64,000 nucleotides of DNA from an uncultured bacterium (lineage in GTDB: Bacteria; Eisenbacteria; RBG-16-71-46; CAIMUX01), in assembly GCA_964631125.1 (NCBI GenBank), contig CAZVYN010000002.1, positions 1,309 to 65,308 on the forward strand, in the 5' to 3' direction. This document shows, piece by piece, positions 1 through 9,381 of the stretch (positions are counted from its first letter, which is position 1; each line of letters starts with the position of its first letter). The notes under the pieces are model-generated. The model was given only the letters and a program-made list of their open reading frames with translations. It made no database searches and was not told where the DNA came from. A program made the translations under genes and the position numbers.

Positions 1-15
1 GAAATCGGTCGCCAT
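1..15 (-). CDS. 5-prime end of a leftward gene that runs off the window (MATDF...); product unknown
   Basis: Reverse complement of 1..30 reads aGAGGAGacgcgATGGCGACCGATTTC, giving an SD-like GAGGAG 5 nt before an ATG at 15..13. Only 5 codons are visible. Confidence 0.3.
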
Positions 16-201
16 CGCGTCTCCTCTGATCCTCGAGATGAACACTCGTTCGCTCCGCCGCCGGGTCACCCCGTCCACGACGGCTCGAGCGCGGGAGAGT
101 CTGCCACGACCATCCTCACGACGCGAGCGCGCAGGACGGGTATCATCCGGCCAAGTACGCGGCGGTAGAACTCAGGGACGTTCACAACCCAAGGGAGAGT
201 C

Positions 202-372
202 ATGGCAACCAAGCTCGAGAAGCCGTTGAAGCGAGAACTGCAGCTCGGTGAAGAGACCTATATCATCCAGATCGCGCCGGAAGGGCTGAAGATCACGATC
301 AAAGGGAAGCGCAAGGGACAGGAGATCGCCTGGAAGGACATCATCCGCAGCGACGGCGGTTCCGGCGCCTGA
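202..372 (+). CDS. Small hypothetical protein (56 aa)
   Basis: This frame is below the ORF-track size cutoff. ATG at 202 is preceded by AAGGGAGAG and the stop is TGA 370..372. Third codon positions are G/C-biased. Translation: MATKLEKPLKRELQLGEETYIIQIAPEGLKITIKGKRKGQEIAWKDIIRSDGGSGA. Confidence 0.55.
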   Translation: MATKLEKPLKRELQLGEETYIIQIAPEGLKITIKGKRKGQEIAWKDIIRSDGGSGA

Positions 373-387
373 CGGCGCCGCTCAGGA

Positions 388-410
388 GCGCGCGGAGCTT
401 CTCCGCGCGC
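388..410 (+). terminator. Possible terminator or stabilising hairpin after the small ORF
   Basis: Perfect 10-bp GC stem GCGCGCGGAG / CTCCGCGCGC with a 3-nt loop, 16 nt after the stop codon. No U-tract follows. Confidence 0.3.
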
Positions 411-489
411 CAACAACTCCCGCGCCTGAGGGACGGCCCCCGTCGAGCATCGACGAGAGCGAGCTTTCGCGGATCGCTATGCTGCGAAG

Positions 490-1467
490 ATGAACGCTGC
501 GACGATGAACGATGCGAAGCAACTCGCCCAGAGCGCCAGGACCTGGCGCGCCGACCAGATGCCCCCGCAGTCAGGGCGAACGGTCGTAGTCACGGGCGGG
601 AACAGCGGCTTGGGCTTCGAAACGGTCAAGGTGTTCGCACGGAAGGGCGCGCGCACCGTCCTCGCCTGTCGGGATCTGCCGCGCGGCCGTGACGCGCGAG
701 AGCGGATCTGGGCGGAGACGCCCGACGCGCCGATCGAGGTGATCCGCCTGGATGTCGCAAGCCTCGGCTCGATCCAGCAGTTCGTCGACGAGTTCCGCGC
801 GAAGCACGATCGACTGGACTGTCTGGTCAACAACGCCGGCGTGATGGCGACGCCGCGTCGCGCGACCGCTGACGGTTTCGAGTTGCAGTTCGGCACGAAT
901 CACCTCGGACACTTCGCCCTCACCGGCTTGCTCCTGGATTCGCTCCTCGCCGTCCCACAGAGCCGCGTCGTGACCGTCTCCAGCGCGGTCGAGCGATTCG
1001 GCGCGATCCGCTTCGCCGACCTGCACGGAGAACGGTCGTACGACCGCTGGGCTGCTTACGGACAGAGCAAGCTCGCGAATCTCCTCTTCGCCTACGAGCT
1101 GCAGCGCAAGCTCACTTTGATCCACTCGACGACACTCAGTGTCGCGGCGCATCCGGGATTCGCGGCCACCGGGCTGCGCGCCGACCTGATGCAGCACGAA
1201 CGATCCTGGCTCCACCGCACGATGGGGAACATCTTCGAGAGCTGGTCGCAGTCCGCGTCGATGGGTGCGTTGCCTCAGCTCTATGCAGCGACGGCGCCCG
1301 GCGTGCGCGGCGGCGAGTACTACGGGCCGAACGGTTTCCTGGAGAGGGCCGGCTTCCCCCAGCGGCTTCGTTCGTCGGGTCGATCGTACGATCCGGAACT
1401 CGCCCAGCGACTCTGGGACGTCTCGGCCGACCTGACGAGCGTGAGGTACAAGGCGTTGGCGAGCTAA
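490..1467 (+). CDS. Short-chain dehydrogenase/reductase (SDR) family oxidoreductase
   Basis: The N-terminus has the cofactor motif VVVTGGNSGLGFE. NNAGVM and the catalytic YGQSKLAN (YxxxK) motifs are present. Length is 325 aa. Confidence 0.9.
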   Translation: MNAATMNDAKQLAQSARTWRADQMPPQSGRTVVVTGGNSGLGFETVKVFARKGARTVLACRDLPRGRDARERIWAETPDAPIEVIRLDVASLGSIQQFVDEFRAKHDRLDCLVNNAGVMATPRRATADGFELQFGTNHLGHFALTGLLLDSLLAVPQSRVVTVSSAVERFGAIRFADLHGERSYDRWAAYGQSKLANLLFAYELQRKLTLIHSTTLSVAAHPGFAATGLRADLMQHERSWLHRTMGNIFESWSQSASMGALPQLYAATAPGVRGGEYYGPNGFLERAGFPQRLRSSGRSYDPELAQRLWDVSADLTSVRYKALAS

Positions 1468-1571
1468 TCCGGCGACGTTCGACAGGGTGGACGCGCTCGC
1501 GCCTCGGTGCGAAGATCCTGCGTCTCGTTGGCCGATACAGGGAAGTAGGCCCGAGCGGACGAAGGAGCCCG

Positions 1572-3920
1572 ATGGCGAACCTGATCGCTCGTTACACGCA
1601 CTGGCTGCACACGCGCTGGCCGGCCGGCACTGTCGAACGTCTCCCGATCGTCGGGCTCGACGGAGAGACCTCCGTCCCCGGCGTCCGCATCGTCGGCGAC
1701 CTGACCGGCATCCCTCTCCTCAAATTCTCCGCCGACACCGGCGCGCGGGCCGTGGCGGCGATCCTGCGGGAGGCGAACTTCCGAGCAACTCCGCGCACAG
1801 CGTCGAGCGCGCTCCACGGTCCGGTCCGCGAGAACGAACTCCTCGACCTGGCGATCATCGGCGGCGGCGTCTCTGGTCTCTCGGCGGCGCTCGAGGCGCA
1901 GCGCGCGGGACTACGTTTCGTCGTCTTCGAGGCGACCCAGGCCTTCTCGACCATCGCGAACTTCCCGAAGCGCAAGCCGATCTACACCTACCCGACCGAG
2001 ATGACGCCGGCGGGGCAACTCCACGTCAGCGCGCCGTTCAAGGAAGAGCTGATCGACGAACTCGAAGCGCAGCGCATCGCGGCGGGGATCGAGTTGGAGT
2101 CGGCGCGCATCGTCCGCTTGGAACGCAAAGGGGACGAGATCCACTTGGTCCGCGAGGCGGGCGGGATCATCCGCGCGCGGCGCGTGATCGTCGCGATCGG
2201 ACGCACCGGGAACTACCGCAAGCTCGGCTGTCCGGGCGAAGAACTCGACAAGGTCTACAACCGGCTCTACGACCCGAAGGAGCACACGGGGAAAAACGTT
2301 CTCGTGGTGGGAGGGGGCGACTCCGCGTTGGAGGCGGCCATCGCGCTCGTCATCACCGGCGCGCATGTCACCCTGAGTTACCGGAAGAAGGAGTTCTCTC
2401 GCCCGAAGCCGGAGAACCTGCAGAAAATCGAAGCGCTGGTGAAGAACCCTGCGAGCGAGATGGCGGTGCAGACACCGACGTCGGATCGCGTCACCACCGC
2501 CGCCTGGTCGGAGATGCGCGGGGATCTCCCGGCGGGGTCGCTGCGCCTGCGGATGTCGACCGCGGTCAAGTCGATCACGCCGGGTTCCGTCACCCTTCGG
2601 GATCTGGAGAACCGCGACGCGAGCGGCGGCGACACCCGCGGACGCGAGACAACGCTCCCCAACGACGTGGTGCTCGCCATGATCGGCCGCGAAGCGCCGC
2701 TCGAGTTCTTCCGCCGCAGCGGCATCGCCATCCGCGGCGAGATGCGGCCGCGCACCTGGGCGCTGCTCTCTTGCTTCGTCGCGCTCATCACGCTGGTCTA
2801 CGTCTGGAAGTCGTGGTGGATCGGCCACACGGACATCTTCGCCATCGGCCGGGATTGGGGCTTGGGCCGCGAGACATTCCTCGGCGCCTTCACCAACGCC
2901 ACGAAGGGTCCCAGCTTCTGGTTCACCACCGTCTATTCGGCCTGCATCGTGGCCTTCGGCATCGCGCGCATCCGTCGCCGCAAGACGCCCTACGTGCGCG
3001 TGCAGACCCTGACGCTGATAGCGATCCAGCTCGTGCCGCTCTTCCTGTTGCCCGAGATCCTGCTGCCGTGGATGGATGCGAACGGCTGGCTGCCGACGGC
3101 GATCGCCGACAACTTGTTCCCGAGAGTCGGCGAGACCCGGGAGTACTGGCGCTCCCTCGGTTTCATCCTGGCGTGGCCGCTTTTCCTCGTGAACCTGGCG
3201 AGCCCACAGCCGATGTTCTGGTGGCTCGTGATCGGCCTGGTGCAGACCTTCGTTCTGATTCCGTTCCTGGTCTGGAAATACGGCAAGGGCGCCTACTGCG
3301 GTTGGATCTGCTCCTGCGGCGCGCTGGCTGAGACGATGGGCGACACGCATCGACAGAAGATGTGGCACGGCGCCGGGCCGAATCGCTGGAACATGCTGGG
3401 CCAGGGTGTGCTGGTCGCCGCGTTCGTGCTGACGGGGATCAACATGCTGAGTTGGGTCCCGAGCCTGCACGGCGCGTTGCACCCGTTCGTGGGATGGATG
3501 CACACGAGCTACAAGGCGGTCGTGGACATTGCGCTCGGCGGCGCCATCGGCACCGGACTCTACTTCTGGTTCTCCGGCCGCGTCTGGTGTCGCTTCGCCT
3601 GCCCACTGGCGGCGCTCATGCACATCTACGCGCGCTTCTCCAGCTTTCGCATCTTCGCCGAGAAGTCGAAGTGCATCTCCTGCAACGTCTGCACTTCGGT
3701 CTGTCATCAGGGGATCGACGTGATGAACTTCGCCAACAAGGGACTCCCCATGGAGGACCCCGAGTGCGTGCGCTGTTCCGCCTGCGTGCAGAGCTGCCCG
3801 ACTGGCACGCTCAGCTTCGGCCGCATCGGCCCGGGCGGCGAGCCGATCTACGACTCGCTCGCCGCCTCACCCGTGCAGATGCAGGAGAAGACGCAGAAGC
3901 GTTCGACCTTCGCGGCGTAA
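1572..3920 (+). CDS. Fusion of an FAD/NAD(P)-dependent pyridine nucleotide-disulfide oxidoreductase-like domain with a membrane polyferredoxin (NapH/MauN-like 4Fe-4S) domain
   Basis: AAGGAG lies before the ATG. There are two dinucleotide-binding motifs (IIGGGVSGLSAALEA, VVGGGDSALEAA). Hydrophobic helices follow, then Cys clusters CGWICSCG, CRFACP, CISCNVCTSVC and CVRCSACVQSCP. Confidence 0.85.
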   Translation: MANLIARYTHWLHTRWPAGTVERLPIVGLDGETSVPGVRIVGDLTGIPLLKFSADTGARAVAAILREANFRATPRTASSALHGPVRENELLDLAIIGGGVSGLSAALEAQRAGLRFVVFEATQAFSTIANFPKRKPIYTYPTEMTPAGQLHVSAPFKEELIDELEAQRIAAGIELESARIVRLERKGDEIHLVREAGGIIRARRVIVAIGRTGNYRKLGCPGEELDKVYNRLYDPKEHTGKNVLVVGGGDSALEAAIALVITGAHVTLSYRKKEFSRPKPENLQKIEALVKNPASEMAVQTPTSDRVTTAAWSEMRGDLPAGSLRLRMSTAVKSITPGSVTLRDLENRDASGGDTRGRETTLPNDVVLAMIGREAPLEFFRRSGIAIRGEMRPRTWALLSCFVALITLVYVWKSWWIGHTDIFAIGRDWGLGRETFLGAFTNATKGPSFWFTTVYSACIVAFGIARIRRRKTPYVRVQTLTLIAIQLVPLFLLPEILLPWMDANGWLPTAIADNLFPRVGETREYWRSLGFILAWPLFLVNLASPQPMFWWLVIGLVQTFVLIPFLVWKYGKGAYCGWICSCGALAETMGDTHRQKMWHGAGPNRWNMLGQGVLVAAFVLTGINMLSWVPSLHGALHPFVGWMHTSYKAVVDIALGGAIGTGLYFWFSGRVWCRFACPLAALMHIYARFSSFRIFAEKSKCISCNVCTSVCHQGIDVMNFANKGLPMEDPECVRCSACVQSCPTGTLSFGRIGPGGEPIYDSLAASPVQMQEKTQKRSTFAA

Positions 3921-3978
3921 TGCGACTCGCGCCCCGCGAGGCGCCTCCTACCGAATCACGACGACACTTCCGCCGGGT

Positions 3979-5370
3979 CTAATCCGCGCGGATCAGATAG
4001 GCAAGATGCAGCGGCTCCGGCTCGGCCACGTTCCGCCGCATGAATCCCTCCACCAGCGGCCGCAACTCCGGATCGGCGTCCGCCACGCACAACCAGCCGG
4101 GGAGGTTGCGCATGATCCGCGGCGTGAAGTTCGGCCCGCAGCCGATCGTGGTGAAGAAGACGCCGTGTCCCCAGTGGAACGAGCGGGTCAAGGTTCGGGC
4201 GAAACGCGCCAGGTCCTCCTCGGTGAAGACGACCCCACCTTCGACCAACCGCGGGAGCGGTTCGATCGCATAGTAGGCGTGCGAGATGTCGTCGCAGATG
4301 ACCGCGGCCTCGCCCGGTTGGCGCGCGTGAATGCCGCGTTCGGTCATCGGCGGCTCGTAGTCCCACAGGTAGAAGTCGCCCTCCCTCCGTTCCAGACGAC
4401 GTTGGAAGAAACGCGCGAGTCGCTCCGCGCGATCTGCGTAGCCGGGATCGTCGGTCAGTCGGTGGGCGGCCCAGAAGTTCAGCGCCATCACGTTCTGTCG
4501 GTTGTACGGCTCCGGCAACCGCTCGCGTTCACGCTCTTCGTCTTCTGAGACGTAGTGCCCCTCGTCCTCCCGCGGACCTTCGCGGTAGACCGGCTCGAAA
4601 TACTCGAGTGATTCCAGGCAAGCCCAGAGCATCCGTCGACGCGCCTCGGGCGTCGCGCCTGCGATGACGATGGCCTCTCGCGTGTCGTCCAGGGAGTCGG
4701 CCTCGGCTTCGCGCAGCAACAGGAGGAGCTGGAAGATCGGCTCGAGGATCATCCCCGAGTGCACGAGGAAGACCGCACGACGCGGGATGTTGCCGTAGAC
4801 CGACGCGCCCCAGGCGGGCGCGATCTTGCCCCTGAAGTTCGCGAGCTGGCGCCGATCGTCGCGCGCATCGAGGACATGGTTGGCGAATCGCCAGAGTCGA
4901 TCGAGGTAGCGCGGATCGCGAGTCGTCTCGTACATCTCGACCAATGCCATCATGTCGCGACTGCGACGCCAGGCCAGACTCCCGTCTTCATTGGTCAGCC
5001 CGTCGATCATCCAGCGGTCCCAGACCGAGTCGGGATAGAGCCTTTCGAACTGCGCGACCGTACCGTAGTCGGCGGCGGCCGGTCCCAGCGTGTCCGGGTA
5101 CGACTCGACGAAGGAATAGATCGCCGAACGCAAGGTTGGCTCGGTGATGGTGTCGAGCTCGAGGGTCGAGCCGTCCGGAAGGAGCAGGGGCGCAGCGACC
5201 GCGGCCGGGGCGGCCGGAGCAGACAGTCCGATCACGCAGAGCGCGGACCAGGTCAGAGAGCGAATCCTCGGAGACAACCCCATGGGTTGTGGAATGAAGA
5301 ACTGTGCTCCGCGGCGCCAACGCTCCCGCTGCAACTCGCTGTCCCTGCTCACGGCGCGTGGTTTCTTCAT
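3979..5370 (-). CDS. Secreted hypothetical protein, last gene of the GH57 operon (function unknown)
   Basis: The long ORF is trimmed to the ATG at 5370, 14 nt after the stop of the upstream gene. An alternative ATG is at 5283. A signal-like segment LTWSALCVIGLSAPAAPAAVA is present. No diagnostic motif was recognised. Confidence 0.6.
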   Translation of the reverse strand: MKKPRAVSRDSELQRERWRRGAQFFIPQPMGLSPRIRSLTWSALCVIGLSAPAAPAAVAAPLLLPDGSTLELDTITEPTLRSAIYSFVESYPDTLGPAAADYGTVAQFERLYPDSVWDRWMIDGLTNEDGSLAWRRSRDMMALVEMYETTRDPRYLDRLWRFANHVLDARDDRRQLANFRGKIAPAWGASVYGNIPRRAVFLVHSGMILEPIFQLLLLLREAEADSLDDTREAIVIAGATPEARRRMLWACLESLEYFEPVYREGPREDEGHYVSEDEERERERLPEPYNRQNVMALNFWAAHRLTDDPGYADRAERLARFFQRRLERREGDFYLWDYEPPMTERGIHARQPGEAAVICDDISHAYYAIEPLPRLVEGGVVFTEEDLARFARTLTRSFHWGHGVFFTTIGCGPNFTPRIMRNLPGWLCVADADPELRPLVEGFMRRNVAEPEPLHLAYLIRAD

Positions 5371-5386
5371 TCCATAACCTGTCGGT

Positions 5387-7045
5387 CTAGCCGGCGAGAG
5401 TCGGGTCGGCGAACGAGAGTCCGTCCAACGTGGGAAAGATCGGGCGACTCTCCTCGAGCGCCGCGAGGGCGACCGGATCGATCGCGCCAGCATCGAGCTG
5501 ATCGCAGAGCGAGCCGCAAGCGGCGAGGTGCGTCTCGATGCTCGCGCGGGCGTAGTCGGCGGCCGTGCCGGCCTTGACCAGGAACGGCCAATCGGAAGCC
5601 TGGGCGAGCAGGAGTTCACGCCCGGCTTGCGCGAGCGCGCGCTCGCTCGACGATCGACGTTCGGCCGACGACGTTCTCGCCATCCGTGTCGCGGCGGCGA
5701 CCACGCGCAGCCCGACCGACGCAACGCGCGCCAGCATCCAATCGTTCTCGGGGGCGCACCAAGTTGCGCCGTAGCCCCCTTCTCCCCACGAACTGAACGA
5801 GGGCTGCGCGCAGGCCGCTCGGCGCGTCTCGGCGAGAGCCGTTCCCGCAGCGGAGACGCTCACGGCATCCGAATGCGTCGACTCTCGCAGTAGCGTCTCC
5901 AAGAAGACCGGCCCCTCGTGCCACCAGTGTCCGAAGAGTTCCGCGTCGAACGGCGCGGTCAGGAATCTCGGGGACGTGTCACACGCGCGTCGACGCAGGA
6001 ACTCGCGCGCGTGTGCGCGGGCCTGAGCGGCGCCCTGGGCGGGGCGATACAGTTCCTTCTCGCGCGCCTCGCCGGTCACGCGGTGGTACTTCAGTCCGAG
6101 CGGCGAACGACGGCCCGCATGGAGGTACGGCTCGAGGTAGGAGAGCTCGAGATCCCAACCGGCGTCGTGATGGAAGTCGCGGTACTCGGCATGGCCCGGG
6201 AATCCTTCGCCGCGCGACCAGATCTCGCGCGAGGCGGCTGGATCGCGCGCCAAGACCAGGAGCCCTTCCGGCGTCAAAATCGGCGCATTCATTCCGCGGG
6301 GAGGACGCGGCGTCGCGTGCTCCAGTCCGTGCGCTTCCACGACCGTGTAGCCGATGTCGTTCTCACGCAGCAGCCGGTCGATCCCCGGGACGTAGCCGCA
6401 CTCCGCGAGCCACATCCCGCGCGGCGAACTTCCGAAGAGCCGACGATGCTCCGCCACCGCCACTTCGACCTGCACGCGACGCAGCGACTCCGGCCCCACG
6501 AGATAGGGCAGGAACGCATGAGTGGCGTTCGAGGTGATCGGCTCGATGATTCCAGCCGACGCCAGATCACGCCACGCGCCCAGGAGGTCGCCGCGCAGAC
6601 GATCGACGTAGAACGAACGCGTGGCGAGGAACGTCTCCTCATGCCAACGCGCGAGCGCGTGCCACTCCGGCATCCAGACCGTGCGAAAGAGCTCTCTTCC
6701 GGCCAGCTCGATCCGCTCATCCAGATACGCAACGAAGCGCTGCTGTAGCGTGGGATCTCCCAGCATCGCCGCCAGCGTGGGACTGATCGAAAGCGTCAGG
6801 CTGACCGGCGCCCGTTCGTCCGCGAGGCGCTGACAGAGAGCGGTCAGCGGCAAATAGCTCTCGGCGATCGCCTCGAACAGCCACTCCTCCTCGAGGAAGC
6901 GCGCATGCTCGAGGTGCCGCACATACGGCAGGTGCGCGTGCAGGACCAGCACGAGCGTCGTCCGCGCGGCCTCCTTCGCGGACTTCCGCGCAACCCCGGC
7001 CCCTGCGGTGCGCCCAGGGATGCGCGCCGCGGTCCTGACGCTCAC
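5387..7045 (-). CDS. Glycoside hydrolase family 57 protein, 1,4-alpha-glucan branching enzyme type (DUF1957-containing)
   Basis: The N-terminus LVLVLHAHLPYVRH...FLEEEWLFEAIAESYLPL is typical of GH57 branching enzymes. The GTG start overlaps the upstream stop (GTGA). Confidence 0.85.
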   Translation of the reverse strand: MSVRTAARIPGRTAGAGVARKSAKEAARTTLVLVLHAHLPYVRHLEHARFLEEEWLFEAIAESYLPLTALCQRLADERAPVSLTLSISPTLAAMLGDPTLQQRFVAYLDERIELAGRELFRTVWMPEWHALARWHEETFLATRSFYVDRLRGDLLGAWRDLASAGIIEPITSNATHAFLPYLVGPESLRRVQVEVAVAEHRRLFGSSPRGMWLAECGYVPGIDRLLRENDIGYTVVEAHGLEHATPRPPRGMNAPILTPEGLLVLARDPAASREIWSRGEGFPGHAEYRDFHHDAGWDLELSYLEPYLHAGRRSPLGLKYHRVTGEAREKELYRPAQGAAQARAHAREFLRRRACDTSPRFLTAPFDAELFGHWWHEGPVFLETLLRESTHSDAVSVSAAGTALAETRRAACAQPSFSSWGEGGYGATWCAPENDWMLARVASVGLRVVAAATRMARTSSAERRSSSERALAQAGRELLLAQASDWPFLVKAGTAADYARASIETHLAACGSLCDQLDAGAIDPVALAALEESRPIFPTLDGLSFADPTLAG

Positions 7046-9348
7046 TCGTCCGGCTGCATATCATCGGTCACTCCGCTGGCCGGGGTCGGCGGGCGATCGA
7101 AGCGCTGGGTCTGCGTCGCGCGCCGCACAGTCGGTGTGATCTCCCGCGTGGAGATCCCATCGTGCGAGACCGCGATCACGGGAACCGAATACTCGCCGTC
7201 GGGCAGCGCGAAGCGCAGGGTGAACGTGCCGTCCGGTCGCAACTGGACCGGCCGACCTTGCACCGTGAGCGACGCGTCCGGCTCGGTGGCGCCGTAGACC
7301 ACCAACTCCGTATTGAGCACGAAGCGGAAGTACCGCGCCGGCTCTCCGCGTTGAAATCGTTCTCCGCGCGGCGACGAGGGCCGGTCCCCCGCTGGGCCGA
7401 TCTCGCGCTGGCCGGGCTCTGTCCCTGCGGGCGACTCCCAACCTCCGCGCGGCGAAGTGGCGCGGTCCGAAGGGCCGGTCTCGCGCGAAGGAAATGTACG
7501 CGCCGCCGCACGCGGCTCCGGCCACTCATCGCGCGCCCGTTGGACATCTTCCTCCGAGTCGCCATCCCACTCGCTACGCAGATGACGCGGCTCCGACCCG
7601 CGTCCGACGGTGGGGGCCGACAGTGCTTGTTGGGTTTCGGCCGGCACGTCGGATTCGGACGCGGGCTGCTCGCTCGCGGTGTCCGGAGGGGTCGTGACGA
7701 GATTGCTCGTCACCAACGGGAAGAACGTTCCCGCGGGCGTCAGCAAGCCGAGATCAACCCGATACGAACGATTCGCGATTCCCGCATGGATGTACCAACT
7801 CACCGCCGTCTGATCGATCTCGAGATCGAAGAATCCGGCCGGCTGCGCCGAGGCCTCGTCGGTCGAGGGGATGCTGTGCACGCGCAGGATCGCGCGGCTG
7901 CCGTCGAGATCGTCGCCGAGTTGCTCCCGCACCGTCTCGAAGGTCGGCTCCGTGATCTCCCAGAAGGCATAGAGCCAGTAAGGATCGCGCGCCACCACCA
8001 CGCACCGGTCGATTCCGGCCCGCTCCGGGACCTCTTCCGGCTGGCGCGACGGGCTCAGTTGGTTGCGCAGATCGGGTCGTCCTTCGTCACTCCGTTCGAA
8101 ACCGCGGTCACGCCGACCCCGGCGCGAACGTCCCCATTCATTCTGCGGCCGCCCCGACTCCGGTCCTGCGCCGCTGCGTGGATCTCGATCACGTGGATCA
8201 CGCTCGCGCGGATCTCGATCACGCGGATCTGGCGCGTGCGGCACGTAGCCCGAGCCGCGACGCGCCTCGCCGCTCTGCCGCAGGTCTTGCCGAACGCGCT
8301 CCGAGCGTTCGTAACGGAACCGCAGTTCGCGGTCCTCGCGCCGTTCATTCGGCGGACCGCCCCGATCGTCTCGCGGACGATTCTGCGGCGGATTCTGGTT
8401 CCGGTTCTGTTGCTGATTCTGATGGCGCGGATCGGGCGGTCGGTTGTCACGGCCGCGCGGATCGGGCCCGCGGTCCTGGCCGCGATCGGGCCCGCGGTCG
8501 GGTCGGTCCTGCGGTCGATCGCCGCGCGGACCCGGTCGGCCGCCGCGGTCCGGACGTCCATATCGATCTTGGCCATAGTTGCCGCGACGCCCATCGTTGC
8601 GCGCGTTCGGGTCGTGGCCTCCGCGATCCCCTTGCGGATTTCGCTGCTGCACGCCGCCCGGTCGACCGAAGCGACCACCCTGGTTCCCACGCCCACCGCC
8701 ACGTCCGAGTGGATTCAGCGCACTCGGATCGGCCAGGAACCGTCCGTAGTTCGGATCACGGCCGAGCGCGGTCGAATTCCACGGATCGATCTCCTCATCG
8801 TCACCGGCGCCCCGCGTCGGCTGATTTCCGCGGCCCTGTTGGTCGCGACTCTGCTGGTCGCGAGGCTGATGGTCCCGTCGACCGCGGTACCGATCCTGGT
8901 CCGGCCGATCTCCGCGCGGGAGCTCGTTGCTCGTCGGCTGCGCATCGGAGACCACACGCGGTTGGGCTTCGAAATCGCCTCGCGGCTGCGCATCCGGATC
9001 GCGAGGCGCCGGCGCGGGAGGCGGCGACGCGGGAGGCGGCGGAGTCGCGGCCGCCTGCACGCGAGTCGGCGCCACCGCGAGCGGCGGCGATTCGGAACGC
9101 GGCGTTTCGGCCTGCGTCGATTCAGACGGCGCAGCGCGACGGCGCGTCGGGCGCGCGGTCTCCTGGGCGGTCGCGGGCGCCGGCTCTGCGCTCGGTTTCG
9201 TTCGCGTGCGCGCGCTGGCGGCCTGCGACTTCTGCAGCGCCTGGAACAGTTGGTCCTTGGTCATCGCGCTTCGATTGGGAATCTGTAGCGCACGCGCCAG
9301 GTCGAGCAGCTCGACGCGGCTCTTCTCTCTCAGCTCATCACTCCGCAT
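7042..9348 (-). CDS. Rho_N-domain plus DUF4912-domain protein with a roughly 400-aa low-complexity linker
   Basis: The N-terminus SRVELLDLARALQIPNRSAMTKDQLFQAL is a Rho termination factor N-terminal-type helix bundle. A long R/D/P/G/Q-rich region follows. The C-terminal part begins DRCVVVARDPYWLYAFWEI (DUF4912-like). Confidence 0.8.
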   Translation of the reverse strand: MRSDELREKSRVELLDLARALQIPNRSAMTKDQLFQALQKSQAASARTRTKPSAEPAPATAQETARPTRRRAAPSESTQAETPRSESPPLAVAPTRVQAAATPPPPASPPPAPAPRDPDAQPRGDFEAQPRVVSDAQPTSNELPRGDRPDQDRYRGRRDHQPRDQQSRDQQGRGNQPTRGAGDDEEIDPWNSTALGRDPNYGRFLADPSALNPLGRGGGRGNQGGRFGRPGGVQQRNPQGDRGGHDPNARNDGRRGNYGQDRYGRPDRGGRPGPRGDRPQDRPDRGPDRGQDRGPDPRGRDNRPPDPRHQNQQQNRNQNPPQNRPRDDRGGPPNERREDRELRFRYERSERVRQDLRQSGEARRGSGYVPHAPDPRDRDPRERDPRDRDPRSGAGPESGRPQNEWGRSRRGRRDRGFERSDEGRPDLRNQLSPSRQPEEVPERAGIDRCVVVARDPYWLYAFWEITEPTFETVREQLGDDLDGSRAILRVHSIPSTDEASAQPAGFFDLEIDQTAVSWYIHAGIANRSYRVDLGLLTPAGTFFPLVTSNLVTTPPDTASEQPASESDVPAETQQALSAPTVGRGSEPRHLRSEWDGDSEEDVQRARDEWPEPRAAARTFPSRETGPSDRATSPRGGWESPAGTEPGQREIGPAGDRPSSPRGERFQRGEPARYFRFVLNTELVVYGATEPDASLTVQGRPVQLRPDGTFTLRFALPDGEYSVPVIAVSHDGISTREITPTVRRATQTQRFDRPPTPASGVTDDMQPDE

Positions 9349-9381
9349 GTTTCGATGGGTCTCCGGTCGGTCGTATCAATT

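Noticed and set aside
38-229. 63-aa ORF at the left end
   Set aside because: It gives an Arg/Ser-rich translation with no RBS. It overlaps the start of the better-supported small ORF at 202..372, which has an SD and coding-like codon bias.
1911-3707. Very long antisense or off-frame ORFs (for example 1911..3707 -, 9355..12372 +, 25275..28400 -, 31581..33602 -, 40404..42578 -, 55427..57658 + upstream part, 43421..45001 +)
   Set aside because: Their translations are dominated by Arg/Pro/Gly/Ala/Asp with no motifs. They mirror strongly supported genes on the other strand or frame. This is the expected stop-codon-poor shadow of a high-GC genome.
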